Assembly: GCA_965261735.1 (NCBI GenBank)
Contig: OZ253470.1
Coordinates: 2,688,001-2,752,000 of the forward strand
From: Alphaproteobacteria bacterium
GTDB taxonomy: Bacteria; Pseudomonadota; Alphaproteobacteria; SHVV01
DNA length: 64,000 nucleotides
Direction of reading: 5' to 3'
Position numbers and translations under genes: made by a program. The notes below the pieces were generated by a model. It searched no databases. It was not told the DNA's origin and saw nothing but the letters and a program-made list of their open reading frames with translations. Position 1 is the first letter of the stretch, and the number at the start of each line of letters is the position of its first letter. Shown piece by piece: positions 60,170 through 64,000 of this stretch.

Positions 60170-60874
60170 TCAATTCTTCCGGGGTTGGTTAAAGGCGCCT
60201 TGCTCGTAATGCAGGTAGATGCAATCCGTGAAAAACCATTTCATCCGTGCGCATTCGGCAACGTAGTGGACCGCCATGTCCTTGAGCTCGCGGGTTGTAC
60301 AATGGCGCTCCAATGAATCCATGGCCGAGCCGCCGTGTTTGACGTCGACCTCGCCGTGGAGCCAGAAGTGCTCGATATCGTGCTCGTCGAATTTGTACTT
60401 CTCGCGCAAGGCTGGCAGGATACTCGACATCGTCCCGGCGCCTTGAAACTCGCTGCCGACGTGAGTGGCGGCAACGCCCGCCTGCCACGGCTGTTCCCGG
60501 CACACGCTGAGCTGCCAGTTGCACCACAGATTTGTCGAGGCCAATCCGCGCCCTGCTTTGGTCTCGTTGGAATCGTAGCCGCAGGCGTCAATAAAGCGAA
60601 GGAACAGTGCGGGATGAGGGTTCTTCGGGTCGAACTCCTCGGCGAGATTCTCCAGTTCCAGGTCGACCACGTCCTGCGGCGCCTTTGAGGCAATTTGGAG
60701 AAACGCCGCCGGGAGCAGGTTGGTGATCCAATGGTAGGTTTCGGCCAGGGTGCCCATCATGCAGGCCTTGCTCAGCTCACCCTGACTCCACTTCACGTAG
60801 AGCGGGTGGTTGATCGTATGGTGGCCGGAGACGGCTTCCTCCAGTTCAAGCCTGAAAGCTGATTTGAGCTCCAT
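60170..60874 (-). CDS. Heme-oxygenase-like diiron oxidase (CADD/PqqC/TenA superfamily)
   Basis: HPLYVKWSQGEL; ENLAEE....NPH; GSEFQ; FWLHGEVDVKH diiron ligand set. Confidence 0.85.
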   Translation of the reverse strand: MELKSAFRLELEEAVSGHHTINHPLYVKWSQGELSKACMMGTLAETYHWITNLLPAAFLQIASKAPQDVVDLELENLAEEFDPKNPHPALFLRFIDACGYDSNETKAGRGLASTNLWCNWQLSVCREQPWQAGVAATHVGSEFQGAGTMSSILPALREKYKFDEHDIEHFWLHGEVDVKHGGSAMDSLERHCTTRELKDMAVHYVAECARMKWFFTDCIYLHYEQGAFNQPRKN

Positions 60875-61168
60875 TTTGCTCCCCTTTTTGGGCGCTCGGT
60901 GGCTGGCACGCCGTCGCGCCACGCCGGTGCGCGCCTACAAGATTCCGCAAATTCGCCAACGAGCGTTGCGGGCCGCTTCAAGCAGAATGAGCGTCGAGCG
61001 GCCTGCCGACTGCTAGCCGGCTCGTGGCTGTGGAGGGGTCCGGCCGTCGCCAGGCGTGGCGCCGGCGTGGCCACCAGAGTCGCCGCGCTCGCGACAAGGA
61101 CACCGCTAATGATGTGGCGAACGAGGCTGCGACGCGCGAGGGGCATGGGTGAATACGTGACTCCGCGT

Positions 61169-61204
61169 AGGACGCGGCGGACGCGGCGGATGCGGCGGAT
61201 GCGG
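61169..61204. repeat. 9-bp tandem repeat GGA(C/T)GCGGC, about 4 copies
   Basis: ggacgcggc ggacgcggc ggatgcggc ggatgcgg. Confidence 0.8.
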
Positions 61205-61265
61205 AGTATAGCGCGTAAAGACGGATTCGCACCACGCGGCCCGCCGTGGACCGTGGAAGCGCGGT

Positions 61266-61619
61266 TTAGAACAGCCGGCCGCCGTTGGGTACCGACGGCG
61301 ATACCGTGACCAGGCTCACCGCGCCGCGCGCATCGGGAAAACCGAGCACCAACACCTCCGACATGAGCTTGCCGATCTGGCGCGGCGGGAAATTGACGAC
61401 ACAGGCGACCTGCCGCCCCTTCAGCTCATCGGCCTGGTACAGCGCGGCGACCTGAGCCGACGACTTCTTGATACCGATATCGGGACCAAAATCGATGCTC
61501 AGGCGGTAGGCCGGGTTGCGCGCCTCCGCGTGCGGCTCGGCGTTGAGGATCGTGCCGGCGCGAATGTCGACCCTGAGGAACGCCTCGAACGCGATCGGCG
61601 GTGCGACCTCGCTTGCCAC
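61266..61619 (-). CDS. csaA: tRNA-binding chaperone CsaA
   Basis: F.RVDIRAGTI..AE...EAR.PAY.L.IDFG..IG.KKSSAQ, VVNFPPRQIG..MSEVL.LG. Confidence 0.95.
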   Translation of the reverse strand: MASEVAPPIAFEAFLRVDIRAGTILNAEPHAEARNPAYRLSIDFGPDIGIKKSSAQVAALYQADELKGRQVACVVNFPPRQIGKLMSEVLVLGFPDARGAVSLVTVSPSVPNGGRLF

Positions 61620-61626
61620 GGCGGCC

Positions 61627-62268
61627 TTAAGTGGCGGGATGCGCCTGTCGCCCGCGGCCGCACCACGAGCTGGCCATGCGGACCAGCGTCTCGGCACCGC
61701 GCAGCTGGCGGTCCAGCGTCGCCATGGTCCGGCCCTTGTCATCGCTGTCGTCGCGCAGCCACACCCGCAGCGTGTTCGCGTAGATCACCGCCAGCCCCTT
61801 TGTGGCGATAACACCCGATAGGCCGGACGGGCTGAGGCCCGCGCACTCCAGCATCCATCTCAATGACCGCCGAAACGGCCCGCAACTATCGCACAGCACG
61901 ACCGGGTCCGAGCGCGCATCGCGCAGGATCGACGCGACCGCAGCCTTGTGGGTGTCGAGCGCATCGAGTCGGCGCATGATGAGGTCGAACAATCGGTCGC
62001 GGGCGGAGGCCTCTTCGGGCTCGCCCTCACCCGGCGTGGACGCGCCAGCCACCATGCTCGCGTCGACGCGAGCAAAAAAGGCGGCGAGCAGCGCGCGCCG
62101 CGAGGGATAGTGGCTGTAAAGCTCGGCGAGCGAGACCTTGGCGGCGGCCGCGATCCGGGCCAGCGTCAGCCGCCTCCAGCCCTCGGTGGCGGCAAGCTCG
62201 AGCGCGGTATCGAGGATGCGCTCGGCATCGCCCTTTCGCGGCCGTGCGGCCCGTGCCTGTCTTGCCAT
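61627..62268 (-). CDS. TetR/AcrR family regulator
   Basis: RILDTALELAA..GW..LTL..IA..A.VS...LY.HYPS HTH; RDRLFDLIMRRLD. Confidence 0.88.
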   Translation of the reverse strand: MARQARAARPRKGDAERILDTALELAATEGWRRLTLARIAAAAKVSLAELYSHYPSRRALLAAFFARVDASMVAGASTPGEGEPEEASARDRLFDLIMRRLDALDTHKAAVASILRDARSDPVVLCDSCGPFRRSLRWMLECAGLSPSGLSGVIATKGLAVIYANTLRVWLRDDSDDKGRTMATLDRQLRGAETLVRMASSWCGRGRQAHPAT

Positions 62269-62348
62269 CGCCGGCCTCCCGTGGCACCGGTCCCATCATA
62301 GGCCCGCGCTGGAGGGCGGCGCAACTGGTGGCCGGCAGCCACCGGCGC

Positions 62349-63155
62349 TTAGCTCGCGAGTTCGCGCGCCCGTGTAGCCGCGGCCGCGACCGCGCGGGTC
62401 ATGAGCGGCTGCAGCCCGTCGGCCGCCATCAACACCTCGAGCGCGGCCTCGGTGGTGCCGCCGGGGCTGGTCACGTTACGGCGCAGCGCCGCGGCCTCGG
62501 CATCGTCGCGGTAGGCGAGTTCGCCGGCGCCCGTTACCGTGGCCCGCGCCAGGCGCATGGCGAGGTCGGCGGGGAGCCCGGCGGCCGCGCCGGCCCCGGC
62601 GAGGCACTCGATCAACAGGAAGACGTAGGCCGGCCCGCTCCCCGACGTCGCCGTCACCGCGTCCATCAGGCTCTCGTCGTCGACCCACACCACCTCGCCG
62701 ACGGCGGCGAGGAGGCCGCCGCAGGCGTCGCGCTCGGGGCCATCGACCCGCGAATTGGCGCAGGCGACGGCGATGCCGCGGTGGACCGCCGCCGGTGTGT
62801 TGGGCATCGCCCGGACCACCGCCGCCGCCCCGAGGTGGCGCTCGAGGCCGGCAATCGTCTGGCCCGCGGCGATCGACAGGAAGACTGCGCCCGATGCGAA
62901 TCGCCGGTAGGCCGGGAGCGCCGCCGCCATCGCCTGCGGCTTGATGGCGAAGACGACGATGTTGGCGCCGTGGTCGCTCTGCAGTTCGGCCACATCGCCG
63001 CACACCCGGACGCCAAGGGCGGCGGCACGGGCGCGGGCTTCGGCATCGGGTTCGACGATCGTTATGGCCGCGCCGGCGATGCCGTGGTCGAGCCATCCGG
63101 CGAGGAGTGCGCTCCCCATCTTGCCGCCGCCAACCAGCAGCGGCCGCACGCTCAT
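62349..63155 (-). CDS. proC: Pyrroline-5-carboxylate reductase
   Basis: LVGGGKMG, AIKPQ, SIAAG, RAMPNTP, SGSGPAY, VTSPGGTT. Confidence 0.97.
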   Translation of the reverse strand: MSVRPLLVGGGKMGSALLAGWLDHGIAGAAITIVEPDAEARARAAALGVRVCGDVAELQSDHGANIVVFAIKPQAMAAALPAYRRFASGAVFLSIAAGQTIAGLERHLGAAAVVRAMPNTPAAVHRGIAVACANSRVDGPERDACGGLLAAVGEVVWVDDESLMDAVTATSGSGPAYVFLLIECLAGAGAAAGLPADLAMRLARATVTGAGELAYRDDAEAAALRRNVTSPGGTTEAALEVLMAADGLQPLMTRAVAAAATRARELAS

Positions 63156-63649
63156 GCTTCGCCCTGGGTATCGAGAAGCGCCGCGGCGATGGCCTCGGCG
63201 GCCGGCTTGCCGCCCCAGATGACGAACTGGAACGCGGGGTAGTAGCGCTCGCACTCGGTCAGCGCGAGATCGATCAGCGTTTCGTACGGAGCCGCGGCGG
63301 CGTCCGGGAACAGCACCTGGGCGTGGCGGAACATCACCGTACCGTCGGCGAAATTGACCGCGAAGTGGCCCATCCAGATCGCTTCGTTGATGCGCGCCAA
63401 CAGGGCGCACACATTGGACTGTTTGGCCTCGGGCACCTTCATGTCGAAGCCACAGTAAAATTGCAGCACGCCGGGATCGTCGCGCCAGCCGAACCATAGT
63501 TGGTAGGGGCACCACCCGCCGTTGATCCCGACCATCAACTCCTGCTCGTTCGCACGGTCGAACGGCCAATCGTTTGCGGAGACCATCTCCTCGATGCGAT
63601 CGAGGGGATTGATCAGGGCCGGGCCGCCTGCGGTCGCGATCGACGCCAT
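63152..63649 (-). CDS. YbjN domain protein
   Basis: NPLD.IE.....NDW.F.R, INE..W.GHF, ECERYYPAFQFV.W.GK. Confidence 0.9.
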   Translation of the reverse strand: MASIATAGGPALINPLDRIEEMVSANDWPFDRANEQELMVGINGGWCPYQLWFGWRDDPGVLQFYCGFDMKVPEAKQSNVCALLARINEAIWMGHFAVNFADGTVMFRHAQVLFPDAAAAPYETLIDLALTECERYYPAFQFVIWGGKPAAEAIAAALLDTQGEA

Positions 63650-63854
63650 GGCGGGTTCCTCCTCAAATGGGAAGTGCGGCTTGTCCTTGGGAAGGCCAGT
63701 GGAAAAGGCCCATGGGGCTCCGCCACCAAGCAAGATTTAGTATGGTCGCGTTAAACACACACTACAAAATGTACCGTGCCAGAGATAGGGCGGAGGCGCA
63801 ACCCCCCTTCTGGGGAGCGCCCGAGGCATCGCGTGGGCGGCCCGGCGGATCGGC

Positions 63855-64000
63855 TCAACGAGGCTTCCGGCCCCGCGTTCGAGGCTTGGGGGTGCCAGCT
63901 CGCGCCGGCGCCTTCTTGGCCGGACTCTTCTTCTTGGCCGGGGGCGCCCGCTTGGCGGCGGCAGCCTTGGACCGCGGCTCGCCGGCGGCAGCGCGCTTGG
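63855..64000 (-). CDS. Lys/Ala/Pro-rich C-terminal tail of a gene entering from the right edge (possibly UbiK/BMFP family by synteny)
   Basis: KRAAAGEPRSKAAAAKRAPPAKKKSPAKKAPARAGTPKPRTRGRKPR*. Confidence 0.5.
   Translation of the reverse strand, partial: KRAAAGEPRSKAAAAKRAPPAKKKSPAKKAPARAGTPKPRTRGRKPR

Noticed and set aside
60170-60874. pqqC of a PQQ or RiPP cluster
   Set aside because: No pqqA/B/D/E or credible precursor peptide nearby, and the sequence looks closer to CADD-type proteins.

Overview
High-GC (roughly two-thirds G+C by eye) bacterial chromosome segment, most consistent with an Alphaproteobacterium (murA-DUF2948-hisG-hisD-infA-maf-yacG and ybjN-proC-tetR-csaA gene orders). About 1-34 kb is accessory catabolism and transport: acetoin/pyruvate dehydrogenase E1 alpha (partial), three orphan Rieske oxygenase alpha subunits, a CoA-transferase/DUF35-thiolase/ECH/paired acyl-CoA dehydrogenase cluster, a SnoaL-flanked polyamine-type ABC operon, a haloalkane dehalogenase and a Liv-type ABC system. 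About 34.5-47 kb is a heavily decayed island downstream of tRNA-Thr(GGT) with three IS1595-family copies, two IS256 copies, IS21 and IS66 remnants, two integrase fragments, a broken GDSL autotransporter and toxin-antitoxin relics. A core block (47-53.7 kb) ends at tRNA-Phe(GAA), followed by a third IS256 and an operon encoding a CADD-like heme-oxygenase-fold diiron enzyme, a TRAP transporter and an amidohydrolase. The best leads are that diiron enzyme/TRAP operon, apparent GTTCGTTY target preference of the IS1595 element, a perfect 32-bp palindrome next to an integrase remnant, and pervasive deletion-driven gene erosion. All family assignments come from motif recognition by eye, not database searches. 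Some stops and frameshifts could be sequencing or assembly errors.
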